64,000 bases of DNA from Blastocladiella emersonii ATCC 22665 (Eukaryota > Fungi > Blastocladiomycota), in contig JANHCV010000001.1 of NCBI GenBank assembly GCA_025594325.1, positions 2,914,001-2,978,000 of the forward strand, written 5' to 3'. The translations under genes were made by a program, and so were the position numbers. Of the stretch, positions 37,564 through 48,951 are shown one piece after another. The notes below the pieces were generated by a model, which did no database searches, was not told where the DNA came from, and was given only the letters and a program-made list of their open reading frames with translations. Within the stretch, counting starts at the first letter, position 1, and every line of letters starts with the position of its first letter.

Positions 37564-39136
37564 TTAGTGGCCGAGGGCCGACAGCTCCTTCTGGATCGAG
37601 GCCACGGTCTTGTCCTTGTTCTGGGCAGCCTGGACCTTGGCGACCTTCTTGGCGGCGGCCTGGTAGGTGGCGGTGCCGCGGGTCTTGCGCTTGTCCTCGA
37701 GCTTGGCAACGACGTCAGCGTACTTCCAGCCGACCTCGTGCGAGAGGCGGCCGACGCGCGTGAACTTGCGGCCGGGCTTGAGGCGCAGGACGCGGAGGGC
37801 GGCGGGGACGACCATGCGCTTGACGCGGTCCCAGGGGGCGGGGACACCCTCGAAGACCTTGACGCGGGCCAGGGCGGCGGCGCCACGGGGGGTCTTGTGC
37901 GGGATCATGCCGCGGAGGGCCTTGTAGAAGATGCGCGAGGGGGCGCGGAAGTGGAAGGCACCCTTGGCGGGGTTGACAATGCAGCGCTTGCGCAGGTGGG
38001 CGTGGTAGCGGAGCTTGTTGCGGAAGAAGGGACCGGCAATGTTGAGCTCCTCGCAGCGGACGACAACGATCTTCTGGCCGTTGAGGGCCTGCTTGGCGAC
38101 GATCGAGGCGAGGCGACCGAGGAGGTGACCCTTACCGTCAATGACAACGACCTGGAGGTGGGCGGGAGGGGGTAGAGGTGAGTGAACATGTTCTGGTCGG
38201 TGGTGAAGTGGTGGCAGACGCCGCTGCCGAGGGTCGAGTCGTTGCTGCTGTCACTGCACTGCCGTCGTCGTGGTCTGGCGGAGAGGGTGGAAGGGGAGAG
38301 GGGGAAGGGAGAGGGGGAAGGGAGAGGGGGAAGGGAGAGGATGAGGAGACCGGGCACGGATGATCGACCAAGAAACCGACTCGACTGGTCGACGGGCAGG
38401 CTGCAGGAGGCGCTCGACAGGGGGCAGGGCTGGCTCAAGGTGGCGAGGGAGGAGATGCGTACGGGCACCGCAGCGGGCCAGGAGCCAGAGCAGAGCGACA
38501 TGACGAGCGACGAGGGGGATGGGGGGCACGGGCGGCCGAAGCGGCGGCGGCGTCGAGCCCGACCGTTGCTCGCCCATCCGTAGCTCAAGGCGAGAGCGGT
38601 CCCCTGGTCGCGGCGAGGCGAGCAGAGAGACGAAGCCTTGACGCCTGCCTTTCGGCAGTTATGCCCGTCGGAACCCAAGCATGCAGTCGAGCGAGCGAAA
38701 AGGTGGGTTCCCGGCAGACGATTGTGTGTGGCTCAGCGCGGGCATCAGGTCCACTGGGCACGGCACGAGCACCGGCCAGGGCCTGCCGGCGAGCGACACA
38801 GCTGGAGGAAGGAGGGCGGGCGCAGGGGCGGGCGCACGCACGCACGCACGCCGATGGCGCACACCGAGAACCCCTACGTCGGGTCAGAAGCGGTGCTCGG
38901 TCCGAGGCGAGCGGTGCCCGGCAGGCGAGCGAGGCGATCCATGCCGATGGAGGTCGAATTGCCGAAGTCGCCGATGGGGGTCGAGAGTGGCAGGGGAGGG
39001 GAAGCGATGGAGGTAGGGTGGAAAGGGAGACGGTTTCCGGGTGGAGCGGCAGCAACGACAGGCGGGCAGGCAGGCGGCTCGGGCAGCGGCGCGGCGTCGC
39101 CGAGCGGGCAACCTATACCTTATCGAAGGAGCTCAT
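37564..39136 (-). CDS. RPL16: 60S ribosomal protein uL13 (exon 1 39119-39136, exon 2 37564-38151)
   Basis: MSSFDK|[40 protein letters not shown]...[21 protein letters not shown]; 967-nt GTATAG...CAG intron. Confidence 0.95.
38293..38340. repeat. Purine-rich 13-nt minisatellite (GGGGGAAGGGAGA, about 3.5 copies) in the RPL16 intron
   Basis: Read directly from the sequence; pyrimidine-rich on the transcribed strand. Confidence 0.85.
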
Positions 39137-39285
39137 GTTGGATGGTGGACAGCAGAGTAACGGTCCGAGGCCAAGTGGTGGAGGGGGAGCGAGGCGACGG
39201 GCGGCGGGCGGCGGCGGGCCTTGATGGCGGCGGGCCGCGCCGCGCACCCGCTCCGAGCACGGAGCAACACGGCCCTGGCAACGCT

Positions 39286-39359
39286 CACGTGGCCGAGCCC
39301 GCAAAACTCGCCGACCCGCCGCGCGAGCGACCCTCACGTGCGCGGGCTGCAAACACGTG
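39286..39359. promoter_or_regulatory. Three CACGTG E-boxes in the divergent RPL16/NUP53 promoter
   Basis: CACGTG at 39286, 39335 and 39354. All three have a TCACGTG context on one strand. Confidence 0.5.
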
Positions 39360-39510
39360 ACCCCGTCTCCACGTCTTTCGACCTGCCTCGCGCGGCCTGC
39401 GTCGCGGGTCGCTGCCGGTCGGCCGTCCCCTCCCGGCCACGGCCAAGTCCCCACCCACCCATCACCAGCGACCCTCACCCACCACCGCACCCTGCAACGC
39501 ATCAACCACC

Positions 39511-40579
39511 ATGTCCGCCAGCATCAGCGACCACCTCTGGCCCGCCCCGAGCTACGATCCCATCGCGCCGGCGCTCGCGACCTCGCCCGACGCGGACCTG
39601 CCGCCCATCTTCGACGTGCGCGAGGCCTACGCGCCCTCCGGCTCGGGCGCCAGCAACCTCTTTGACAATGTCGGCCCGCCGCCCGTGCGCCCCGTACGTC
39701 GTCGCGTCTTCTCTGCCCGAGACCGGCCCATCGCTGACCACCCATGTCATGCAGAGCCCCTACAGCAACCCCATCTCCACCAAGCGCGCCGTCCCCGCCA
39801 CCGCCGCGCCACAACGCCAGGCCTCGGCCTACTCGCTGCCCAACCTGACCCCTGCCCCCGCGCACCCGTCGCTCGCCCCGCGGGAACGCACCCTCGCGCC
39901 CGGCGCCGACATCGACGACTCGTCCATGCTCTTCTTCTCGCCCTTCCCCGTCAACATGGCCCGCCTGCAGGAGCACCTGCGCAAGTACGGCACCATCCAG
40001 TGGACCCGCTACGCGAACTCGCCCTTCACCATCCTCGTCACCCTGCCCTCCCCCGCCGCCGTCGAGGAGGTGCTCTCCCACGGCTGCTTCTACCTTGACT
40101 CCGTGCCCATCGGCGTCATGCGCAATGACGGCAAGGGGACCGCGTCCGCCGACGCCGCCGCCGTCCCACCACGGCCCGCCGCCCCCGCCGCCGCTCAGCC
40201 GTTCCCGCAGTACGCCCACCCGTCGTCGTCCGCGCCACGGTCCGCGAGCGCCCGCTCCTCCGTCATCCCGCCGCGCCCCGCCTCGCCGACGCACCCGTCG
40301 ATCGCCTCGCCTGTCGCCGAGATCGAGACCGCCGACCGCGAGAAGGCCTCCCTGTTCAAGGACGGCTCGCGCGGCGCCGGCAGCGCCGGCGGCATCACGT
40401 CGACCGTCTCGTCGTGGTTCCCGTCCGTCTTCTCGCGCGACTCGGCCGTCGACCTCTTCTCGCCGCCCACCCACCACGTCAACTCGGGATCGCGCAACGG
40501 GTTCGCCGCGCCATCCGAGCCGGCGGGCGGCGCGTCGTCTGGGCTCATGAACACCGTCATGGAGTTCTTCTCGTGGTAG
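39511..40579 (+). CDS. NUP53: Nucleoporin Nup53/Nup35 (RRM-like domain and C-terminal amphipathic helix)
   Basis: RRM-like segment MLFFSPFPVNMARLQEHLRKYGTI...AVEEVLSHGCFYLDSVPIGVM; terminal GLMNTVMEFFSW resembles the Nup35 membrane helix ending in W; one intron near 39696-39754. Confidence 0.7.
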
Positions 40580-41126
40580 TAGCGCTCGGTTATGCATTGT
40601 GTATGATGGAACATGACTTTTAGCTGCCTAGTCTCCTTTTATCGTGTTGTTGGGCTCGCGGGGCGTGAAGTTTTGAGCTGAACCGACTACGCGTGCGTGG
40701 CCGAGACCGCGCACCGCTGCTTGACGATGGTCATGGTCTCGGCCACAGTCGCCGCCTTGCCGAATCAAACGGCCGACTTGTTGGCCGAGTCTACTTTTGC
40801 GTGCTCCGATCAGGGAGCGTGCTGGACCGACGACGCATGCACAATACGGCCACGGCCACCGCGGCCGTGACCGCGTAGCCATGGTCACGGCCATCATCTC
40901 TGACCACGGTCGACGGCCAGCGCGACCAGAGAAGCGAGAGAACATCGATCAAGACTGATTTTTTGAAGACAAACGAACAAATCTGAGGGACACGAGGGAG
41001 AGAGGCAGAGGGAAAAAGTGAATGGAGGCGAAAGAGGGAGAAGACGACGGCCGCATCCGCAGCAACACCACACACGCGAGCGAGAGAACAACACACTACT
41101 ATCGACGAGCGGACGAGCGACCGGCC

Positions 41127-43987
41127 TTAATCCATGGACCCGGCCGCGCCACCGCCCGCGGCCATGTTGTTGAGCACGTCGTCCAACGACTTGTGCCGGC
41201 TGAGCTCCGACAGCACCTGCTCGTCGACGGGCAGCACCGACTTGCGCCGGAATCGTGGCGGCGTCGGCTTGCCGTCGTCGGACCCCTGCGCGAGCTCCTT
41301 GGTCAGCGCGTCGTCGCCTTCCCGGTCCTCGAGCGCCTCGGCGTCGGGCGTCAGCGGCGCGAATGGAACAGCTACAACAGACGGATTCGAGGTTAGCGAT
41401 GAGTGGTCGGCGCACAAGTCAACGAGCGCAAGAGAAACACGTACGCGCAGACGGCGCAATCGCCACGGCCTCCTTGGGTAGCGCCGAGCCGGCCGCGGCT
41501 GCTGGTGGGTGCGGCGCGCGCTTGGACGCGAGCTGCTCGATCTTGGTCCACGCCTCCTCGCGCTCCTTTTGCTTCTTGCGCTCGCTACACGGTGGGGATC
41601 GCGGGCGGGTGAATGGGAGGCGCGCTGACGGACGCGTCGCGACCGAAACACGTACGTTTGCCGCTGCTGCTTGTACTTGTTGGTGCACTCGTCGAACAGC
41701 TTGGGGCTGATCTCCATGAACAGCTTGAGCGCGTTGTACACGAGCCCGTGGATGGTCCTATACCCAAAAAAAAAAAAAAAAAAAAAAGCACGCGAGTCAG
41801 CGACAATCGGACCGCGACCACCGAGCACCGAAGAAACGTACCGGTTCCAGTGCGACTTGGAGTTGCGGTACAGCGATGAGAACATGATGGGCAGGATGAC
41901 GGCCACGTTCTCGGAGATGAGGTTGACAATGTACTCGTTGTTCCACAGGTACAGGGCGCGCTCGGCGACCTGGAAGTGCTGCGACGACACGCACTTGGCA
42001 ATGTGGGTGAAGAGCGGCACCTGGATCTTCTGGAACTCGTGCGGGTCGACAATGTCGAGGATCTCCTCGATCTCGTTGATGAACATGACCTCCTTGGGCG
42101 AGTTCATCTTGGGCCAGAACCGCAGCAGGCCCGTGATCACCTCGGTCGTCAGCGTCGGGTCCTTTTCGAGGAACTGCACAATGCAGTACGCGAGCTGCGG
42201 GTGGTACAGGCCGAGCGACTTGGCCTTGTGCAGCGGGATCAGCACCCGCGACAGGAACACCTTGTGCTCCTCCTTGAGCGGCACCGCGAACCCGTTGATG
42301 ATGGACCCGAGGATCTCGAGCAGCTCGGCGATCCCGTTGTGCCGCTCGTTCTCGTAGATGAAGTGGAAGAAGACGTTGTTGATGGACCGGCGGATGAAGG
42401 CGCGCAGGTTGAGGAACTTGCCGTAGATGCGGTGCAGCGTCGTCTTGAGGAAGTCGCGCTCGCGCGGGTCCTCCGAGTCGAACAGCTCGAGCAGCTGCAG
42501 CACAAAGTGCTGGTCAATGTACCGCTTGGCAAATGTTGGGTTGAAGTCGGGCGACTCGATGAACCGCAGGAAGAACTCGTAGACGATCTGCAGGTGCGGC
42601 CACGCCGCCTCGAGCACGGGCTCGTCCTCCTCGGGGTCGAACGCGTCGCCGAACGGGTTCACCTGCGGGGGTATTGCTCGGAACAGGTTGGCGGCAAACT
42701 AGACGGTTCGAGCGAGGGTGTGAGCTCGCGCAGGAGGTCGCGGGAGTGTGCGCGCGCCGGCGACACGCGGTCGTACCATGGAGAAGACCTCGGGGTACAC
42801 CTCCTCGGTGATGACGCCGCGGTTGGTGGTGATGTAGTCGACGAGCTCGGTCAGCGTCTGGCGCTTGACCTCCTTGCCCTTGAGGTCGCTCGTCGCGTCG
42901 CTGAAGTCGAAGACGGTGTGACACTGCTGCAGCTTGCGCACGAAGAGCGGCTGGCGCTCGTTGGGCGAGACATCTACGAGTCGCGCGTGTGTCAGTGGTG
43001 CGCCGCGTACACGACGCAACCCAGGGTAACGTACCGCGGAACCCGGGCAGCTTCTCAAACTCGGCGTGCTCGGTCGAGTGGAAGCGCGACGAGCGCTGGC
43101 GCTTGGGCAGCTTGGAGATGAGGATGCCGTCCTTGGGCTGCGCCTTGAGGCGATTCAATGGCCCGCTGCGGGGCACCTCCTTGCCCGAGCCATTGCCCGG
43201 GCTGCCGGTGGGGTCCATGGGCATGGTCGACGAGACGGCGACCGTCTTGAGCGCGTCCTTGGACACGGGCGACTACATGGCAGAGGTAGCGCAAGAGTGA
43301 GCCAGGGCCCCGACCACGCTGCGCCGAACCGAGGCGAGCCGACACGCACGTCAATCGAAAACTCCTGCTTACGGCCGGCGTCAAAGTCGGCCGAGAGGGA
43401 CTTTTCCTTTGAAGCCGCGATCGGCTTCTCGGCCTTGCCGGTCGGGGCGCCCGACGACGACTTGTGGTGGTCTGCGGCGGCCTGGGACTTGGCTTGGGCG
43501 GCGGCAGTCGACGACGAGTCGGTGGACGAGTTGCTCTTGTTTCTGGAGAGCTGTACACGCGCACACACCGAGGGCGAGGGCGAGGTCGTTGTCGTTGCGA
43601 GACGAGGGAGGATCCAGCGAGCGCGGATGGATCAAAGACAGGGAGCAGCGAGCGTCAGTGCCAGTGCAGGGAGTCGTGTGCCGCGGGCAGGAGCAGTCGA
43701 GGCAGAGACGAGGGCGAGAGCGGCGTCGGGAAGGGACGAGGTGGAGAGGAGGAGAGGCAAGTGAGAGACGGCGAGCGCGAGACAGCCCGCCGCAGCCACA
43801 TCCGTGGTCGCGAGGCTCAGAGCGCCGCGGAGCCAGCCGGCGCTCGCGCTCCTCCTCGTGCGCCCGGCGCGACTCCACGGCGCCCGTTTGATGATGAGCG
43901 AGGTGATTCCGAGGCCATGGGATGGGAGAGGAGGACAGAGACGCGAAAGACGCAGATACGCACAACACGGTTCTTCAACCCCTTCAT
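41127..43987 (-). CDS. RTS1: PP2A B56 (B') regulatory subunit (multi-exon)
   Basis: MKGLKNRV|LSR start, [80 protein letters not shown]. Confidence 0.96.
41766..41787. repeat. Poly(A)22 (poly-U on the transcript) in an intron of the B56 gene
   Basis: 22 consecutive A on the plus strand, lying between a CTGAC branch site and the TAG acceptor on the minus strand. Confidence 0.85.
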
Positions 43988-45271
43988 CGTGCACGGGCGC
44001 GCGGGGCAGGCGGCGCCGCGAGAGCTACTTCACTCTCTCCGGCGTGGGACGGGTGGGACCGGCGATGCACGACAGCGGCGCCGGGAGAGGCGAAGGTCGA
44101 GCGAGGCGAGGCACGGCAGTGCGCGGAGCGCGAGGCTGACGGCAGCTGTGGCTCAGCGATGAAGGTCGGGAAGAGCGAAGCGGCAGTCGATTCCCACGAT
44201 GGCCGCTGCTGCTGGAACTGCTGCGAGGTCGAGACGGAGCAGTCTACTGGAGCGCGCGAGGGACAGACCATCAGTTGCTAGTTCGCGGGAGCACGGATCC
44301 GCGGGCCGCGGCAGCCGAGACCGACGATCCGGCTCGTGCGCGGCCGGGTGCGGTGTCAACGACGCTCCAGCACGGGCACAGCGCTACCCGAGCACGAGAG
44401 CGGATCGCTCCACCCGAGAAGAGCGCTCGACCCGACTGCGCGAGGCGTGGATCGACGAGGGCGGAACGGAGGGAGGGGGCGGGCAGGGACGGTCGGCGCG
44501 ACTCGAGCAAAGTTGGTGCACCCACATTTATCGGCCACGCGCAGGACGGTTGATGGCGGGGCGCGGTATCGGCGGCAGATGATGGTGGTCGCAGCACGCG
44601 GAGAAGGTGTGCGGCGCCACACGAGGGGGTCCGACTCGGTGGACGTGGTGGCGGCGGCGGCGACAAAGTCGAGGGTGAGCGTGCGAGCGCCGGGCCGGCG
44701 GTGCGCAGGATGGCTCGCGTGGTTCGTGAACAGTGCACCGAGTGCCGATGCGTAACGAGTGCGTCCGGTGCAGGAGGGGACGGGGCGGCCGGGAGCGGCG
44801 ATGCGCGGGGGGAAACCTGGTCGGGCGGACGCGTCCTTGCTCGAGTCGCGTGAGGGCGGAGCGACCGCGGGAGATGCGTTGGGCTGGGCGGGCGGATCGC
44901 GACACGGCCGCCTAATACTCTGGACCGATTAATGAGCGGAGCTAGCGAGCGAGGAATATCGCAAGAGTGTTCGGCCGAGCACGGGCCGCGGGAGAGCATT
45001 AAAAAGAGACGCGGGTGGGAGATGCGTGTTTTGCCGACGCGATGTTCACCTCCCACCTCGCACTCACGCGTCTGTTTCGCTCCACGCCGGCCATGGGGGA
45101 CATATATAACCGCGCTGGCAGCTCACGTGGAGGGAAAAGACGGATGAGGACTTGCTTAGGTTACCTGAAATACATTTGATACTGGGGGTGGTGGGAAGAT
45201 ACGGGAGAGTACGGCCGGTTCGCTGCGGCAGCAACGAGCAACGCCCGCGAGCAGCGATGGGGAGCTGCGCC

Positions 45272-46501
45272 TTACACGATCGGGGGCGTGTCGCCGAGCT
45301 TGGCGCCCACAAAGGTAAGCTGCTCCTCGTGGGGCAGGCCCTCGGTCTCGCTCGGGAGGAGCGGCTTGGGGATCTCGTGCAGGAAGTGCTTGAGCAACGC
45401 GTCCTTGGCGGCCTGGTTGGGGAGATGGCGTTAGCATGCGGTGCGGTCAATCGAGAGGAGCAAGGACAACGTACGCGGTGCTCGGCCATCTTGATGGAGC
45501 TGCCGGCGCCCTCGCCAATCTTCTTGAGGCCCGAGAACACGCCGACGACGAACACGGGCGCGGCCGAGTGGCGACCCGTCTCGTGCAGCATGCGCGCCAC
45601 GGGGCGCTCGCGGCCCTGGCGCTTGAGCAGCGCCGCGAGCATGCGCTTGGGCTCGTCCAGCTTGACGAGCGCGGCCATGTCGAGCTCCTTGGACAGCAGC
45701 GACGCGTGCACAAACTTGCGCGCCGCGACCGCACCCTTGTCGTGGTACAGGGCGCCGATGAGCGCCTTGGTCACCTTGGCGACCATGGCGGACTCGCCCG
45801 ACTTTTTGGTGTCCTACGAACAGCGGCGAACCGTGATCAGCCGGGTGGGCGACGGTGCACCGATGCGGCAAGACGTACAAAGGGCTTCCAGCGCATCACG
45901 TCCTGCACACCGATGCTCATGCCGAGGGCGGCGAGCGAGGCGGTCGAGGTGTAGGCGGTCACGGCATCGCGGAGCGTCGTGGGGGGGATGTGCGGGTACT
46001 TGGAGTGCACGTACTCGGTCACGTAGAGACCCAGCACCTGGTGGCCTACGCGTAGCGTCCTCGAGTTAGTGTCGCAAACGACGAGCTCAGCGCGGGGCCA
46101 TCGTACCGAGGAACTCGAGGCGCTCGTTGGTCGGCTGGGTGCCGTGCTCGAACGTCTTGTTGGTCAGCGCCTGGACGAGCGTCTCGGGCTTGGAGAAGGC
46201 GAGGCCGGAGCGGGCCGCGAACGCGCTCTCGGCGGGGTTCAGCGCCGCCTTGTTGAGGAGCACGGGCGCCGTCGCGAAGGTGCGGGCACCGGCTACACGG
46301 TCCACGGCGGCACATCGATCAGCCCGCGTTCGTCTTGGCGCGGGGTAGGGCAGCCAGTTGGCAGCAGCGATCACCGGTGGTAGGTCGAGAACAGCAGCGC
46401 CGAGCGGCTCGACGGGTCCACGACTCGGGCACGGAACCTCGCGACGAGCGAGGACCCAGTCCAGCCGTCACTTTGTTGATACATGGTAGACTCGATAGCA
46501 T
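45272..46501 (-). CDS. MRPL44: Mitochondrial ribosomal protein mL44 (RNase III-like and dsRBD); start codon uncertain
   Basis: TLVQALTNKTF...NERLEFLG, LGLYVTEYVHSKYP, KALIGALYHDKGAVAARKFV, EPKRMLAALL...PVARMLHETGRHSAAPVFVVGVFSG.KKIGEGAGSSIKMAEHRAA. Confidence 0.88.
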
Positions 46502-46909
46502 GGTGGACGTTCAGCGCTGCTGCATGTGTGCCAGTGATCGCCGCCGCCAGGTGGGCCCTAGGGAGGCAGCATCCACGGACCCTGGCGGGCGGCCGAGCGG
46601 AGCAGCCCAGCGGCGGGGCGAGCGAGGCTACGAAGCGACATGTTGCGTGATGCGGGGAGTGCGCTACGTCGTTGCAGTGCAGGGTCGGCCGGATCGTAGC
46701 GAGGGGCGACGTGGAATCGTGCGCAGGCGAGCTCGAAATCTCGGACCCTGTTTGGTCAGCTGGTCTCACGGACTTGGAAGTTTTCCCTTCGCGCTGCGCT
46801 GCTGTGGCGCGGCTCGCTCAAACGACGCGCCGAGGTCCGCTAGCGTTTCGCTCGTCGATCCGCGATTTAGCCATGTATACTTGATTGAGGCTACTTGCGA
46901 CATGCTGGA

Positions 46910-48204
46910 ATGAACTCGGAGCCTGTCCACGATGGTCCCCAGCGCTTTGCCTTCGGAGATGAGGCGGGCCGCCCGCCCTGGCGCAAGGTCCTCTACATGA
47001 AGCAGGGCTACCCAGACGACTACGTCCCGCCCACGTTCCTCCACCTCCTGAGGACAAACGGTTAGTATCGCCGTCTAGATTGCCATCAAACCATGTCTGA
47101 CTCGAGGCGTGTCGCGGCCCTGCAGTGAACGTGAGGCAGCCCGCGCTCCTGCCGCTGATCCGCTCGACCTTTGGCATCGCGCTGCAACTCTCCATGGTCG
47201 TGACGTTTGCTGGACTCTTTTACTACCTCGACAGCGCGCGGCTCGATCCGGTTGCCCTCATTGTCACCAGTTCAGCCGTCTCGGCGAGCTTGTTTGCGGC
47301 AACTCGGATCCTGTACGTTACGGGGTTCCGTGCTTTACGAGACGCGGTCGTACTCATTGCACTGTGTGCTCGTGTATAGCGGTCCTGCATCCACTCAAGC
47401 TGGTACGTTCGATTCGCTACTCCACGGGTGGGTTCGATCGCTCACCGTCGTGCATCCTAGTCCTGGACTCGATCAAGACGGGCCTGCTCTTCTTCTCGAC
47501 GCTGCTCGGCCTATCGCCCCTGCTGAACACGCTCACGGCCGATTTCAGCGAGGACACTATCTGGGCTCTCGCGTGTCTCTTTTTTGGGCTCAACCTCCTG
47601 CTCCAGGACTACCGGTCGCACACTAGCGCCTCGCTTCGGTATGGGGCCGGATTTACTTTCGTGAATGAGCGCTGACATCCACCACAATAGATTCCCTGCC
47701 TCGATCGCGACCAACATGGCCATCTTTGCGTCGGTCCTGCTCGCGTCACGGCTTCCATCGACCATTGCCGTGTTCTCGCTCATGCTCCTCGCCGTGGTCG
47801 CGTTCGTTCACGCGCCCTTGTTCTACCGCCGCATGGATGTACGTTCGCCCGCTTTTCGCGACTGTATCGCGGAATGCTCATCGACACGCCGAGCTCATCT
47901 AGGCGATCGCGCCAGGGCTGACGGCGAGCCTCGCCTGCTTCGCCGTGGTACTCGCAGCCGTCATTTGGTCGCCGATCGCGCCGTCAGTCTCCGTGGCCCA
48001 CCTCTCCGCCGTTCTTTTGATCACGGTCGGCTGTCCGCTGTGGATGCGCCGTCTCCACGCCCGTAAAAAGTACGCTGACTTGGTTGGCTGCTTCTCCTCG
48101 CGCTGGCGGCTCACTTTCGCTTCGCCCTCGCGTGTAGCACGGTCCACGGACCCTGGGACCAAGCGCGGTTGCTCGGGATCAGAAAAAGCTCTCGCTCCTC
48201 ATAA
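46910..48204 (+). CDS. GPI2: GPI-GlcNAc transferase subunit PIG-C/Gpi2 (multi-exon)
   Basis: WRKVLYMKQGYPDDYVPPTFL, LSPLLNTLTADFSEDTIWAL, SIATNMAIFASVLLASRL, terminal K.TVHGPWDQA. Confidence 0.92.
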
Positions 48205-48951
48205 ACTAGATTTGCCAACTCGTTCACATCGGAAGGGATTGAGCGACGGTCGTTCCTTCGCTGCTTATAACATCGATCACGTCGTGTCCTTCAGCTGTGG
48301 TGCGGGCCCGGGTGGACCTTCGCCCTTGCCATCGCTTAGGACCGCCCTCCGTGAGAAAGCCATGGCGGACGTTCCGTCCCCTTCTGCAGCCGCCGGCGAC
48401 CTTCCGATGCTGCAAGTTGTGCTGAGCAGTTTCGGGCGAAGTGAGAAGAGAAATCCGGGGCCGATCCGCTCAGCCACCCGGAGCCTGGAGCGCGGCTGCG
48501 CCACACTTGACGCGCTGAGCAACGCGTTCCGCGACGCGTTGCGCCGGCCCGCGCGCCCCGACACGCAGACCAGCGCCGAACCGTCGGGAAGCGTCGATCG
48601 GCTTCCATTGGGTGAAATCGTGGCCAGCAGCATCTCTCTGAAGCCTCTCGAAGCGCACCGAAGCGCACGCCCCCTGTTCGCGACGCGCTGAGCGACGCAC
48701 CGCCTCTCACCATGCTTCAATCGGCTTCCACGCCATGCCGCACCGCGTAGGCAGGCGGGCGCTCCTATATAAACTCTTCTGTGTCCCGTCATCCCTCGGT
48801 TTGAGCAGCATCGTAACCATCAATGTCGCCCTCGGCGGCCATGTCGCCGAACCCACGCACTCAAGGCCGCAGCCGCGACTCGCACACTGAGCCACCACCA
48901 CGGCGCATCCCTCGATTAAACCCCCGCCCTGGCGCTCCTAACCTCGCCCAG

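Noticed and set aside
38700-38780. CTGATG/CTGAG motifs in the RPL16 intron suggesting a TPP riboswitch, hammerhead or H/ACA snoRNA
   Set aside because: Motif order and spacing do not fit the consensus of any of these; the candidate H box overlaps a stem and the pocket-to-ACA distance is wrong.
43888-43897. TGATGATGA C-box-like motif in the B56 intron
   Set aside because: It is antisense to the host transcript and no suitably spaced CTGA D-box was found.
48361-48691. 109-codon ORF after GPI2
   Set aside because: No recognisable domain, weak codon bias and no splice signals.
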